A stretch of 64,000 nucleotides of DNA from Bugula neritina (lineage: Eukaryota; Animalia; Bryozoa). Each line of letters starts with the position of its first letter. Position 1 is the first letter of the stretch. Below, piece after piece: positions 1-13,117 of this stretch. The translations under genes and the position numbers were made by a program. The stretch spans positions 13,732,633-13,796,632 of the forward strand of contig OZ037769.1 in NCBI GenBank assembly GCA_964035545.1, in the 5' to 3' direction. The notes beneath the pieces are model-generated. The model ran no database searches and had not been told where the DNA came from. It saw only the letters and a list, made by a program, of their open reading frames with translations.

Positions 1-334
1 GTTTTATACGAGCTATAATATTAACCCAACTTATGCTAGAATTCCAAGTCTCCAGCTGTTCACAGCTATCACAAAGCTTTTCATTTGTACCAAAAGCCAT
101 GATGGCATAACTCCAATCACAACAGACCCAAAATCTTCCAAGCTATGTACTGTCAGTTTACTGTACCAATGTTGATGTTTTATCATAAATAATCCTGCAG
201 ATTTCTGACCTTTTTTCCACCTTGGTTCATGTCTACTTCTTCAGGCCAGTTTTTACACTAAATTTCGCAACATGTTTTCATGTCTGTGATATGTAATAAA
301 TAAATCAATCAAAATAATGCTGCGGTTTTATCAG

Positions 335-2848
335 GTAAGTTTAGAACTGGGATGCCAGTTGGCGGAAAGCTCTGCACATGGGAGTTCAACTCTACAATAG
401 ACAAGTTCGGGACAATACACACGCCCGACCACCAGACCACTGAAGGGATCGAGTGCGAATATAGATTCTTTGGAAAAAAGGATGAGGTGGTGGAGCTAGA
501 AATCAGGATAAGCTATTTAGAGTAAGAGTTGCTAGAAACCTGTTAGATTGCATAGTCATAAGATCTTGGTTAGAGTTTAGGACCCAATACAATATTCTAA
601 TGCAAATTCAGTTGTATGTTTAGACTTTGATTTATCATGTAAGTGTGGGTCGTGTAATTAAAAGGATTTTATAGGTAAGGATTTACTACTTGTCAAGCTT
701 TTATTGACTTTAAAATGCCTCACTTTTTCAAAAGTATTCAAATAATTTAGTTTCCCACTAATTATTAATTTGTGTTAGTAAATGATCCACTAGATTTCAA
801 AAGAAATTTTGACTGTGACTCTATGCATACATTTTTGAGTTTTCAACCCTAAATTTATTGCGGTGGTATGCCAAAAGTTACAAAGTATGATTAAACTTGA
901 ATCCTATGTCTAACTTTCATCAAGTTCAATAAAAAGTTGAATAGAATGTATATAAGAGTTCTTGCTGTACGTATACTTAATATTTCATATGATTTTGCAG
1001 AGAAAATGAAGAGTTTTTGTTTATTTATGATGGAACGTTCCCAGAAAAGATATGGAGTGAGAATGCCGAAGAAATGAAAGAGGAGTTTGCATATTTCAAC
1101 ACAACAACCAGTACGCCTGTTATTCAATATTTGCTAAACAAACCACAGCTCTCCAACGCCCAACCCATATTTATACATTACAGATTCGTCAATTGTGAGT
1201 TGCTTTCTCTTGCAATAGTGTAGATTATATATATTATACATTGCGCTACAAATTATACTATATGTATTATACAAAGCCCTATTCTATACTATATACTATA
1301 TTATACTGTCCATTAAACAATATACACTATATAGCTATATATACTATGTGTAACACTGCCTACTATAATACTATACTATAAACTATATTATATATATTAT
1401 ACTTTATTACTATACTACAAATTGCACTGCATCACATACTATATACACACTATACTATGCTATACTATGTGACTATACATGGTAATATACTATACTATAG
1501 TCTATTCTTTGCACTATGTATATTATGCTACACATTACACCTTATATTATATACTATAATATCTGCACTATACGCTATACACTGTATTACTATGCATTAA
1601 ATAAAACTAAACTATATATTATAATTTTATATTATATTATGCCAGGGTTGGGCTACTGGGGGCCCCACGGCCACCTGAGGCCTTTGCCTATTCTTCAGTG
1701 GCCTTTTCAATGTTTAAGATAGGTAAAAACTGTCATCGTTATTCTGATTAGCAGAGTTTATCTTTGATGACAAATTACTTTACTATAATAAAATTTAATA
1801 TGTGGCCCTTTGTTTTAGCTGACTTCTAAACTTGCCCATCATGCAAAAGAAGTTGCCCACCCCTGTACTATGCTTTATATTATAGTGTATGTTATACTGC
1901 ATTATATATGTACTATACGAGTATATTACATATTGACTATTATACAGCGTACTATATATGCAGTGAACTACACATTATACTATGTACTATACTTTATTGT
2001 ATTATATGTATATTACACTACTGACTACACTATAATTATATACTATACTACATTTTATACTAGCTGCTATATATATACTATACTATAATACCGTAAACTA
2101 TATTATGCATCACATTACACATTACACTGTATATTATTACACTGCATGTTGTACTATAGGTGCTATAACATATTCTAAAGTTGCCTTTATACCTTCACGA
2201 TTTTCGGTCAGAATTTTAATTTGGCCGGGTTGAAATTTCACCGAGTTGCATTGCATTGTAAAAGCCACTCGTAAAAATTTTTGTACTGTGATAACTTAAT
2301 TGGCCAATTTTAGAATAGGAGTAATACCTCCTTGTAAACCATCATTATTTAGTTATTACTTTGGCGATTAGACAACGTACTTATACGGTTATAACTATAT
2401 AGCGTTTATGCTGTCCGCTTCATTAGTTCACGACGTTTACAAAGGGCATCAAATAGCTATTATGCGAGTCAAATTTCAATTTCAGAAAGTGAGCAACCCT
2501 ATCAATATAATTTCAACGAGTTTCAGTTTGACTATAAAGGGGTACCCGGACAAGCATTATTAACTTAAACTCGGTACTTTTTTCAGCAGAGGTATAAACG
2601 CAACTTTACACCTAATATACTACTATTGTTAATGCATGACTCTTCAAAATTGAAATACCAGAGTTATTCTAGAATATTCCGTTCATATTTTAGCTATTCC
2701 TCAAAAGCAGACAACTCCAAGCCTAGCAGCAGCCCCTGTCCAGCAAGATAAATCCAACTCTACAGTTACTCATGTGTCTTCAGTACTGAAGGATGTTCTT
2801 CTCTCTATTGTATTAATATTCAAATTCTATCAGATTTTAATCTTTTAA
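335..2848 (+). CDS. 3' part of a CUB-domain protein with a hydrophobic GPI-signal-like C-terminus (exons 335-521, 1001-1194, 2694-2848; 5' end presumably upstream of the window)
   Basis: GT-AG exons join in frame: KFRTGMPVGGKLCTWEFNSTIDKFGTIHTPDHQTTEGIECEYRFFGKKDEVVELEIRISYLE/ENEEFLFIYDGTFP...PIFIHYRFVN/SIPQKQTTPS...DKSNSTVTHVSSVLKDVLLSIVLIFKFYQILIF*. The CxxxF-S-GxIxxP-CxYxF-VxL and LxIYDG patterns are CUB-like. AATAAA at 3046. Confidence 0.65.
1225..2160. repeat. Degenerate (TACAC/TATAC/TATAT)n low-complexity satellite, intronic
   Basis: Visible ~5/10-bp periodicity; it produces the spurious Y/I/L/T-rich ORFs in the track. Confidence 0.8.
1643..1865. mobile_element. hAT-type MITE (223 bp)
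   Basis: Terminal inverted repeats CAGGGTTGGGC.../...GCCCACCCCTG; 8-bp target duplication TATTATGC (1635-1642) / TACTATGC (1866-1873). Confidence 0.8.
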
Positions 2849-4393
2849 CTAATTGATGTTTTTGCACTGTTGTGCTATAAATTAAGACACAGAGGTATAC
2901 TTTTGTATGTTATAATCACTATTTTCATATCTTATATGTTGTGATATCAAGATTTTTCAATTTTTCTACTGCATACGGTTTGCAATACATGCAATTACAG
3001 TTGCAGTAAAACAAAGGTATCATATGATTATAATAGCGTTTGATTAATAAACTGTTGATAATGTACTTGAATAGCCTACTGCTTGAAACGTTAATTTACT
3101 AAATTCACCAGTGCTACTGGTACAAGACAGAGTAAAGGTAAGTTAAACGTAGGTGAAACATTTATCAAACGGAGTTATCTCCCCTACAGCTGGCCTAATC
3201 AATGATGTCCTAAACTATATTATTGCAGACAGATGATTTTATACTGAGTTATATATCACGCTATACACCATAAAATCAAAAATATCTGCTTATTATATAT
3301 ATGCACAATTTCAGAAATGTATTATTTCTTGCGTTATTTATACACTAAATATTTTATCTATTAGTCTTCGTACAGCTGCCTTATATCTTGCAGCATAATA
3401 TTTTCCAATAATTTTTCAACAAACGCTTTCTTGTGACTGTGTTAACAAATCTATAATAGTGAATAGAACTTGCAGTCTAATAGCTATAATAAGACAAAGA
3501 TTTTCAAACATAGCAGTACAATCAACTTTGAAGAAGTTTGAATTAAATAATATTTAAAATTGAAAGTTCTAATATTGAAATATCCTGTAACTATTAAACC
3601 AATAACAGTTTAATTAGTCAATATTAAACTGTTATTGAAAAGTACTAGTTTTATGGAGTCGATCGAAGCAGCACAATGAATATGCACTTGTATGCTTCCA
3701 CAATTATATATTATAATATTTAGTTTTCCTCCGCAGCAGTGAGCTTTGCTAACAAACTAGTTCTTTACTCTTGGTCACCAAACCTAAAATTTCAATAAAG
3801 CTACTAATAGCTAATAGGAGTGGCTATCACATAATCAAAGGATGTCAATTGTAAGAAAACAATAAAAAGCAAAGAAAACATAATTTGTAAAGAGTTTTAA
3901 CAAAAACTTAGTATAGATTCAGTTGATCAGCATACTGGGTAAACAAAAACTTTTCTATAGATATTTTCATATACAGCTTTGTTATAATAATATTATACAA
4001 GCAGAGTGTATTACTTTATCAGGAGACTCTTAGAAATGCATAGTGCAGGTAGAGAATCACAATTTGTAAAACAATTTTTTCTGAATAGCAGTAAATTATT
4101 AAAGTAAATAACAAAATATGTGCTTTGATCAAGTTATGAGAATAAGTAAAATGGCAACCGTCATACAATATCTTTGTTTTGGTCCGCTAGCGTTAGTTAC
4201 CATGAATAAAGCATCACATTGCCCAAACACACTTACCTTTTTTATCAATGCACTTTTGTTCTAAAAAAAAATTGAATAAGCAGAGAAGTGCCTAGCTGGT
4301 GTTACCTATAGTGACTGTATTAGCAGCGTATTAGTGCTAGCTGCTATAGCTTATAGTGTGTCCAGGAGTAAGGAAGCATACAGCAGAAACACT

Positions 4394-6276
4394 ATGGCTG
4401 ACGCTGAGAAAGTTCCGGAATATTCTCAACCACCACCCCCAGCTCCATATCAGCAACCAGCACCAGGATATTACCAACAACCAAATGTCGTGGCTCCAAT
4501 GGCTATGAATCAGATGCAGAATAACACAACTGTGATTGTAAATCAAGCAGGACCAGTGAGTTCCTTGCCTTATCCGCAGAATGTCAGGGAGTTTTCTACA
4601 GGACTTTGCGCATGCTGCAGTGACATGGGAGGCTGTGAGTATTAAATAGAATAACATTCTGAGTATATAATAATAGATGTGATTCCATGGAAAACTATAA
4701 ATTGTGGGTTAAAATTTGAATGAAGCATAATATATTGTATAATACTTCTTTAAAATTTATTTCTTGCTGAGTAGCTATATATATATATATACAAATATAA
4801 TTATTAATTTAATAAAAATGAATTGAAATTAACAGTGATGAATTAATTCACATTGGTCATTGTAAAAAAGCTGCAGAGGTAGTTAGCTACGGCTTAGACC
4901 CGTTAGAGCTTGTCGTAGTACTTGAAGTCAGTGGTTTGGTCCCTAGTAAACGCTATTGGTGATGTTAGGAAGGGCATCTGTAGTCATGCATGAAGGCTCT
5001 TTTGTCACAATAGCAAAAAGGTTTTTAGCCTGCTTAAAAAACCTCCTTTTTATCAGGGCTTCCTACAGGGATGCAGGCTATACCCAGTATACCCTTAGGG
5101 CTCGTATGTGTGGAATTTCGGTTGCAGTTAAGTTAACTTATGGTTGCGGTTTTTTTTATTGAGACTCACTATCTTCAAGCATTGGATGAAACATCCATGT
5201 GTATAATGCAAAGTGTGGGAGAATAGAGACTATAAGCTACTTCTATTTATTGGTTCATCTGAAGAGTATTTGTGTAGTGTTGGGTTTACCCAGTGCCTTC
5301 CGTGGTGTAATGGTAGGACACTTGCTGGCAAGCCAGAGGACTCGGGTTCGATTCCCAGTGGAAGCAATTATTTTTCAAGCTATTTCGGCTTTCAATGAAG
5401 TGTAGTAGTATTTCGAAAGAGTCAAGTAGCCAGGGGAGCCTGAGTACTGAAGGAGTAGCAGTTCAAGTGAACTGCACAGTAGGAAATACTTGCATAGGGT
5501 AGCTTAGATGCAATCTAAATTTCAGTATTTTTCAAAACTATTGTTTAAAATTATATATAGTACAAAAGTTTTTAAATTGCAATGAAAATCAAAGCAGGCT
5601 GTATTCTATAAGTTATTTGTGGGGTGTGATGCCTAATAATCAAACATAACAATTTCAACTTCATTATCTGTAGAGTTGCATACTGCATGTTAAGAGATAC
5701 TGTGTTAAGAGATACTGTGTTTAGAGATACTGTGTTTGAAGCAGCTTCTAGATCTTAGTTAAGTTGTATAATTCAAATTCTCATATATTATAAAGAGTAA
5801 AATACGTAAATTGGTCTACAAAACTTTCCTTAAACTATGAGCCTCAGTATAAACTCTGCAACAATCTTTTGCAGGTTGTTTTGCATGGTTCTGTTTCCCT
5901 TGCTTTGCCTGCAGTGTAGCCAGTCGTATGGGAGAAGACTGCTGCTGTGGTTGTGGGGCTGGGTGTTGTATCGCCCCAGTCAGCTGGATTGCTATGAGAA
6001 CCAAAGTTAGAACTATGTTTGGTATCAGGGTGAGTTATAGTTATATGAATATTTATAAACATTGTATAGTAGCTTTATAAGATTACCAAAAGCAATCGGA
6101 ACTAATAAGCTTTCAGTTTTGCTACATTTATACAAATCTCTCTCTATCGTGCATCGAAGAATACTTTATAATTATTTTTGAAGGGTTCCATTTGCGATGA
6201 TTACTATTGCATTGCTTACTGCCATGAGTTGGCCATGTGCCAGATGGATAGAGAGTTGAAAAATCATGGACTTTAG
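4394..6276 (+). CDS. PLAC8/cornifelin-family protein P1, 162 aa (exons 4394-4634, 5875-6029, 6184-6276)
   Basis: Pro/Gln-rich N-terminus, then REFSTGLCACCSDMGG/CCFAWFCFPCFACSVASRMGEDCCCGC...AMRTKVRTMFGIR/GSICDDYYCIAYCHELAMCQMDRELKNHGL*, the PLAC8 domain signature. Canonical splice sites, intron phases 1 and 0. Confidence 0.93.
4875..5160 (+). mobile_element. Degenerate SINE-like repeat (related copy at ~45715-45930)
   Basis: The two loci share ATTGGTGATGTnAGGAAGnGCATC and AAAACC...AGGG...ACAGGGATG blocks after a decayed tRNA-like head. Confidence 0.5.
5274..5490 (+). mobile_element. tRNA-derived interspersed repeat (family 1)
   Basis: A-box GTGGTGTAATGGTAG and B-box GGTTCGATTCCC, followed by a conserved GGCCAGGGGAGCCT..ACTGAAGGAGTA-type body also seen at 24181 and 36410. 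Confidence 0.75.
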
Positions 6277-6662
6277 ATCAAGTCTCAGCTGCAAGATTTT
6301 CTCTCCGACACTGCTATTTGATGTGTATTCTTTAAAATTGCTAAACAAAAATATGACTTTCTAAATCTTACTTATAGCATTACGCTAACAACGATAAAAT
6401 AATGTTTCTTGCAAAAGTTTTGCTGCACATATTTCCAGACAGGCATTAGCGTTTTGTTAGTTTTGCTCAAACTGAAATAAATGATAAAATAGTATACACA
6501 TACCTGCAGTTTTGTAATATTGTTACAACAATCATTACTTGTGTTTCATATTAAATTATTGTCCTTAATTTACAAGTTTGCAAATTTTTACTGCCACATA
6601 AAGCTTACCCATGCTTAACATTTAAACATAGTTATATAGCATTATAATGTAGATAGATCTCT

Positions 6663-6664
<2 letters not shown>

Positions 6665-6714
<50 letters not shown>
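6665..6714. repeat. (TA)n microsatellite
   Basis: Direct inspection. Confidence 0.95.
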
Positions 6715-6721
<7 letters not shown>

Positions 6722-7109
6722 TAATTACATTATTTATTTATGTGATAGAATGTAATCATTGTTAGTTAAATGTGGTTCAAAAAGTGTTATTTATATATAG
6801 GCGTCTAAATTACATAATGCCTTCAATGGAAAATTTTTGTTATCATATTTTATATATAATTGTGGTACATAATTTATTTTTTTGATGCCCATATAATTAT
6901 ATGAAGAAAACTTGTTACTGAAAATTTGCAACGACATGGATTAGTGTTAAATAGAAGCAGATTTGGAATATAAAGAGGGCAGGGCTTACGAATGTTATGT
7001 AGTGTATATTATATTTGGGTATTTACACTTTCTATTACAACAAACATATGTTCATTTCATAAAACACATTCTATTGAATGCTACTGGCATAAAAATAAAA
7101 ATGTATGTT

Positions 7110-7680
7110 GCATTATATTACCCTATATTATACTATATAGTACAGTGTGTTATACTATATATTACTGTATAATATACTATATTACATTTTATATTATGCA
7201 CTGTATTACATACTCTATTACAGTATATTACACTATATATATTACACTATATTACACTATAAGATACTGTATTACACCATATTACACTATATCACACTCT
7301 ATGTTATATTACTGATCTGTAGCACACTATATTACACTGCGTTACACTATACTACACTGTATAATACACTGTATTATACAGTGTAGTACACTATAGTCTA
7401 TATTATGCTGTATCGCACTATATAATACTACACTATATTATACTGTAGTACACTATAATGTTATGCTGCGTTACCCTGTACTACACTATGTTATACTGCA
7501 TTACATCGTAGTACACTATATTACACTATATTGCACCATATTAAACTATATTAAACTGTAGTAAACTATATTACACTGTAGTACACTATATTACACTGTA
7601 TTACACCATTTTAAACTATATTAAACTGTAGTATACTAATATTTTACACTGTATTACGCTGTTATATTTACTACACTTTT
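7110..7680. repeat. Degenerate (TACACTATAT)n-like satellite
   Basis: ~10-bp periodic array, same type as 1225-2160. Confidence 0.8.
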
Positions 7681-8010
7681 ACCCTAATTTCCTGGTTGCA
7701 ACGTGTCTATAAGTTCTCAAATATACAAGTTCTCAAATATACAGCCACTTGACAAAAACAAGTGTTAGCAGACAGGCTACATTATATAGCAAAATAAAAA
7801 AGCTTCTACAATATTTTAATTTCTCTGATGATTTTAAATACAATTATATTTATACTGTTTCTTTTCACCTGAAATTATCAGAGAATTAAAGTATATCGAT
7901 GAATATTGAACTATAATATACACTATAAGATAAAAAGCAGTCGTCTGCTATACTGATTTAAGTGTTTGTCGATAGGATAGAGTGAATCTAATGAAATGTA
8001 ATAGACTTAA

Positions 8011-8350
8011 CCTAAGGTCACACTGTGCGTGTTTTCGCATGGGAACATTTAAACCACGAGTAGCAAAGGTGTCCACTGTGCGCGTTGAGAAACGTTCGCA
8101 CTTGTCGCTCTGCATTTTCAACGCAAGTGCGAATCGTCTCTGTCCTTGCCACCTAATTGGCTGGTAGCTATTCAAAGAGCCCAATTTCTTAATTTAGTGC
8201 TATATTCCAGTAAATTGCGTTTTATTGAAAGCGAGTGCGATTTAAAAATGAAAGCTTTATTTATCACGCATCACTGACGCTACAGTGGACACTTTTGCTA
8301 CTTGTGATTTCAATTTTCGCATGTGAAAATACGGACGGTGTGGCCCTAGG
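8011..8350. mobile_element. MITE, ~340 bp (copy 1)
   Basis: Long imperfect TIRs (GGTCACACTGTGCGTGTTTTCGCATG... / ...CATGTGAAAATACGGACGGTGTGGCC) in a CCTAxG context; near-identical copy at 12317-12652. Confidence 0.85.
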
Positions 8351-8946
8351 CTGAAAGTATGCCCATATCTGCATGGTTTGTATTGCTTCTGTGTTGCATT
8401 GAAAGGCACATGTAACTCGTGAAGCAAAGTATCATACAAAGTCTTGAACTTGGCAATACCAATATTTAACAAAATGGTGAATATACTATCATTCTTCAGT
8501 TAATTTTGTAATTTGCTTATTAGTTATAGTTTAATGTAATAGATGTTTTCATAGTATAACACAATATCAAAACCAACTATAGGTTAGGCCAATTTATAAT
8601 CATTGATCAATTGTTTCAGTTGAATTAAAACAATCAAATAGAAAAGTTTTAAAGCTGTTGAATTGGAGTTTATTGTAGTTTTACATAATATATGTATCTT
8701 GTTTAAGAGGGTCTAAAGCTACATTTTTTCATATAAATTTAAAACCAAAGAATAGAAACATTCAGCAAAACTTCGTCTCACGCTTATACGCTACTAAACA
8801 AGAAACATTTTTACATTATGTAAGACAAGCTATTATGACTTAAATGTTTTGTAATAATCAATTGGGTTGCCATGGTGATAGAAAAAAGTTAGAGATTTCC
8901 AGATAACTGGAGAATATAGGTCCAACTTTTCTCACAAATCTGGTAT

Positions 8947-9907
8947 TTATCCGAGCCTCCATCCAGTTCGAGTTCTGGTTCGAGTTCTAGTTCTGGTTGA
9001 TCTTCTGGTCGACGAATATGTGCATTTAGATGTAGAAGAGGAGCATTTTAGACCAGTCGTACATCTGTAACATAGTCAGATCAAAAGTGGAAATCAGGTG
9101 GTATCTGATTATATAATACGTTTGTAATACCAATATGACGGGCTCTCATTTGACAGAATAGAACTACATGGTATGCTGCAATGTATATAGTAGTTTCTTA
9201 GTGCAGTTATTAGTTATATTCATCACCCGTAAAATTGCTGTATGTTGCATAAACTACTCACCATGTTTACATAATTATAATTATTAAGAATTATTTTGCA
9301 TTCACCTACAAGATTGAAGTTGTTTCAATAGCCTGTAAACTTACTATTTTGTAAGAAAATATCAGACATAAAACTCAGCTGAAAAATAGTTCAAAAACAT
9401 AATTTTTTTAAAGCTGGTAAACTGCTAAAACTTTCACAATAGAATTTGTTGTGAAAAATATTGTTAGAAGATTTATATTCAATGCAGCCAATTTTATAAA
9501 TAGGTAATAAAACAAACTTTTTCAGATTTCAACTTGAAAACTGTTATTTGAATTTACAATTTGAAGCCAAAATTCTATTCTTTGTAGAAATAGTTTAATC
9601 TTTAGAAATTCATATTACTTGATTGCTTGATAAAGTAAAAGTTAATTGAAAAGATACAACCCAAATTTATCACAACAAAATCCAATAATATTCATCTGCT
9701 TTGCCTGTTATATAGGCCAGCTGGTTGCCCTGCTGTGTATATATCCACTGCATGCAGTAATATATACTTTCTTGTGGAAATAACTCACTTGTTACATGAG
9801 CCACAATGTTGTCCGTATTTCTGGGTCGAGCCACATTGCCAGCTCAGCATCACCAAACATGTACCAATCAGCAGAAATACAATCAGTACAGCAGATATAA
9901 CCTTCAT
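8947..9907 (-). CDS. Secreted Cys-rich cationic peptide A, 78 aa (coding exons 9907-9789, 9064-8947; non-coding exon 1 ~10145-10072)
   Basis: MKVISAVLIVFLLIGTCLVMLSWQCGSTQKYGQHCGSCN/KCTTGLKCSSSTSKCTYSSTRRSTRTRTRTRTRTGWRLG*. GT-AG phase-2 intron, TATAAATA at 10176-10169, AATAAA at 8674-8669; three paralogues share the structure. Confidence 0.85.
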
Positions 9908-10168
9908 TTCGGTTCTTCAAAGAAATCTTCAATAAAGATTGTTTAAAGTTCAAATGCTTTGAAACAACTTGCATACACATATACTACATTTTACTCTAAA
10001 TATTTTTCATATATACAATAAGTTATTAGAATAAGAATATAAATCATTTAATATCTATATAGAAATCCTACCTTCAGAGTAAAAGAGGAAATGGCAAGTA
10101 GATGACAGACAGATGGCAGCCCAGAGCAAGTGCTTGCAGAGGAGTAGATTGTGGAGTGTGGAACGGAA

Positions 10169-10176
10169 TATTTATA
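10169..10176 (-). promoter_or_regulatory. TATA box of peptide gene A
   Basis: TATAAATA ~30 nt upstream of the conserved first exon; same position in paralogues (14335-14342, 20259-20266). Confidence 0.65.
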
Positions 10177-10700
10177 CTGTCTGATATACTGTAAATGTGG
10201 AAACTATTAAGAAATGATGCTTTGAAAATAATTACAAAAACTGATAAGTAATGTAGAAATTTACATTGTTTTGTAGCATAAGCTCATAAATTGAACATTG
10301 GGAAAGTGTATTATATGATAAAATAACTATTTACCATGTGAATAGATAGAGCCATTGTTCTAACACTAAGAAAATCAATAAAGCTATTAGATTACTATTT
10401 GTGGAGAAAAATAGATAAATGCCTAAATAATATAACTGGTTTATATTCATTTGATGATACATATCTGATAGGAGAAGTTTAAAAAAGGAAAATAGCCACA
10501 TAATGGGTCATTGTTAGTGCAAAATTGTTTTTAATCCTCTAAAGCGTTGAGGACCTGATGTAAAAAACATGGACTCTGCTAACTTAAGTTAGTCATCACT
10601 CTACACATGTATCTTTGATGTAGACAGCCTGTATGTAACGCCATGCATCATTGTTGTTTATTTTGAACCATGAGGAATGATTTAGTTAAAAGTTTGTGGT

Positions 10701-11972
10701 AGGGGTAAGGGGGGGGGGCGGTTTTTTAAATTACGAGTTCAATAATCTGTAGTCTTAATGCTGCATCTGTTGTCTATTACAGGTATCAGTTTGTTGTTTC
10801 TATCTCTCTCACAACTTTCAGGATAATGAAATTTTCATGACGAAAAAATCGGCTTATTGTATTGGGGTACAATGGGCCACTGGGTGGGACACAACAAATA
10901 TAGTGAAACTTTGTTGATTTGATTGTATCTGATTTTAATTTAACTAATATACACAAATAAATAAAAATACTCTTTCAGATCTACAGCAAAAATCATGTTT
11001 TAGCTGTACAGTTTGTATACCACCACAGATAACAAGGAGAGGCAAAACCAAACGCACATCGCTCGGTTCTACGGTACCATTATCATTACTGTTTATATAG
11101 AACTAAAAATGTTTGCTCTGTTTCAACTTCACAGGAACTCACATGGGGGGGGGGGAAACTTTAGTAACATGTACTACAAAGTGCCAAGTCGACTTTTTTA
11201 TGAACTGTAGCTAAAGTGCATGCAGAGGTTTGTGACTGGAATGTGGAAGGGGAGGGCCGGAGAAAATGTGCAAATCAGAATTTATTTTAGTCAAATACAT
11301 GTATAACCCCTCAATGATATAATGTATAATGAATATCATGACTATCCATTGGTAGCAACAGCAAAGGGTTTTGTATTATGTATAAAATGGCAAAGCTCTA
11401 ACCTCACCAAATGTATATATAGGCCTATTAGGGGAGCTTCACCTTGTAGTTTGGTAGTCTTACCATGATGTCTTTGATACTTTACAAAAAGGTCCGAAAT
11501 GGCTATATCTATAGATTTTATTAACATTTCATCTAACTTTTTGGGCAAACAAACTAATAACAGTGATCAGGGTGCAAGGATCAAGTGGCCCATTGTGCCC
11601 GGTGTGCCAAGTGTTGAAAAAAATTGTGGCTCAAGGAAAATTTATTTTAGAGTTTGCTGTTATACTAGTTAAGCAATGTAGAGACAAGCAATGGCAACAA
11701 CATCAGTAAAATCTAGGTTTGTTACCTTTGAGTGTAAAAAGTTATAAAACTTTAACAACATCTTAAAAAAATTACAAAAAGTAGGTAAAAACAGTTTTTG
11801 AATCGCCCCTTCAACATGTATGCTCAGCAAGTGCTGAAACTACAATGGCTGAAAAATTATGTCAATACCTTTTTATGAAAAAAATCACAACTCTAAATAA
11901 ATAAGTTCTCTCACAATTTGACCGGCTTTTTGTACCCCTATGACCGTTGTGCCCCCCCCCCCTCCGTTACCC
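10701..11972. mobile_element. Possible non-autonomous DNA transposon
   Basis: Imperfect terminal inverted repeats GGGGTAA-G-run / C-run-CCGTTACCC and internal inverted subrepeats (ACAATGGGCCAC ~10869 / GTGGCCCATTGT ~11585). Confidence 0.4.
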
Positions 11973-12316
11973 TTGCTCTTATTTACTTCAAATGAAAAAC
12001 AAAATCCATTAAGTTACTCAGTTATAAGGACAGTTTAGAGATCTTGAAGAGTTTTTTACCTTACTAGTGAGCAAAATTCTCCTTTTGCATTGCATTTTTA
12101 TTTTTTGATGTAGTTCTTATGTGTGCTTTTCTATCATTTATCTTCAGTCACAGAGCTTTACCTTACTACTATAGTATTTAAATTCTTTAGACTGATTAAC
12201 TGAAAACTTGTTGCAGCTTGTTTTATGTTAGTTTCACAATCTTCTATTCAATAAAAATAGTCAGCAATACTAGTAGCATTATTGTCTTAAACCAAGAGGT
12301 TGACTGCTGCCATAAG

Positions 12317-12652
12317 CCTAGGGCCACACGGTGCGTATTTTCGAAAATTGAAATCACAAGTAGCAAAGGTGTCCACTGTGCGCATTGAGCAAACATTCGC
12401 ACTTGTCGCTCTGCATTTTCAACGCAAGTGCGAATCGTCTCTGTCGTAGTCACCTAATTGGCTGGTAGTTATTAGGCGAGCCCAATTTCTTCATTTTAGT
12501 ACTAAATTCCAGTAAATTGCGTTTTATTGAAAGCGAGTGCGGTTTAATAATGAAAGCTTTATTTATCGCGCATCACTGACGCTACAGTGGACGCCTTTGC
12601 TACTTGCGGTTTCAATTTTCGCATGCGAAAATACGCACCGTGTGGCCCTAGG
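12317..12652. mobile_element. MITE, ~336 bp (copy 2)
   Basis: CCTAGGGCCACACGGTGCGTATTTTCG ... CGAAAATACGCACCGTGTGGCCCTAGG inverted termini; same family as 8011-8350. Confidence 0.88.
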
Positions 12653-13117
12653 CTAATTGGGATGATTTTATTTACTGAGTTATAGTTTAATTGACATAAG
12701 ATATGCTTTCTTAGCATCACACTAACAATTAATTGGGTTCAGCAATATTATAATTTGAAATTATTTGTTTCAGTTAAATTTTGAACAACCAAACAGAAAG
12801 GTTTTAAAGCTGTTAAATTGGAGTTTATTTCAGGTAATCACGTAATATGTGCAGCATCTTGTTTAAAAGAGGAAAAAGCTACAATATCATTTCATTCATA
12901 TACATTTAAAACCAAAGAATAGAAACATTCAGCAAAACTCTGTCCCACGCTTATACTCTAATAAACAAGAAACATTTCTACATTATGTAAGAAAAACTTC
13001 ATTGGCTTAAAAGTTTGGTAACAATAATTGTGTTGCCATGGTGATAGGAAAAAGTTGGAGATCTCCAGATATTTAAAGAATATATAAGGTCAAACTTTTT
13101 TCACTTGAATCCAATGG

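Noticed and set aside
1516-2088. Tyr/Ile-rich ORFs here and at 6963-7386
   Set aside because: They arise from a low-complexity TACAC/TATAC satellite.
5295-5366. tRNA-like sequences (also ~24413-24484, 33966-34038)
   Set aside because: Anticodon and acceptor stems pair poorly and differ between copies, and they sit in a larger repeated unit; treated as SINE-type heads, not tRNA genes.
5690-5740. Three 14-bp direct repeats (AGAGATACTGTGTT), superficially array-like
   Set aside because: A simple intronic minisatellite with no spacers, in a eukaryotic context; not CRISPR.
5816-6062. Recurrent ORFs containing PAPQPQQQSSPIRLA or SPTTTAAVFSHTTG (also 23699-23960, 30323-30576, 41068-41259)
   Set aside because: Antisense frames of the conserved PLAC8 exon 2; the similarity stops at the exon borders.
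9735-9980. Track ORFs MCMQVVSKH...YICCTDCISAD (also 20458-20652) and their antisense partners
   Set aside because: Wrong-frame or antisense readings across peptide exon 2. Only the MK-initiated frame is open and splice-compatible in all four copies.
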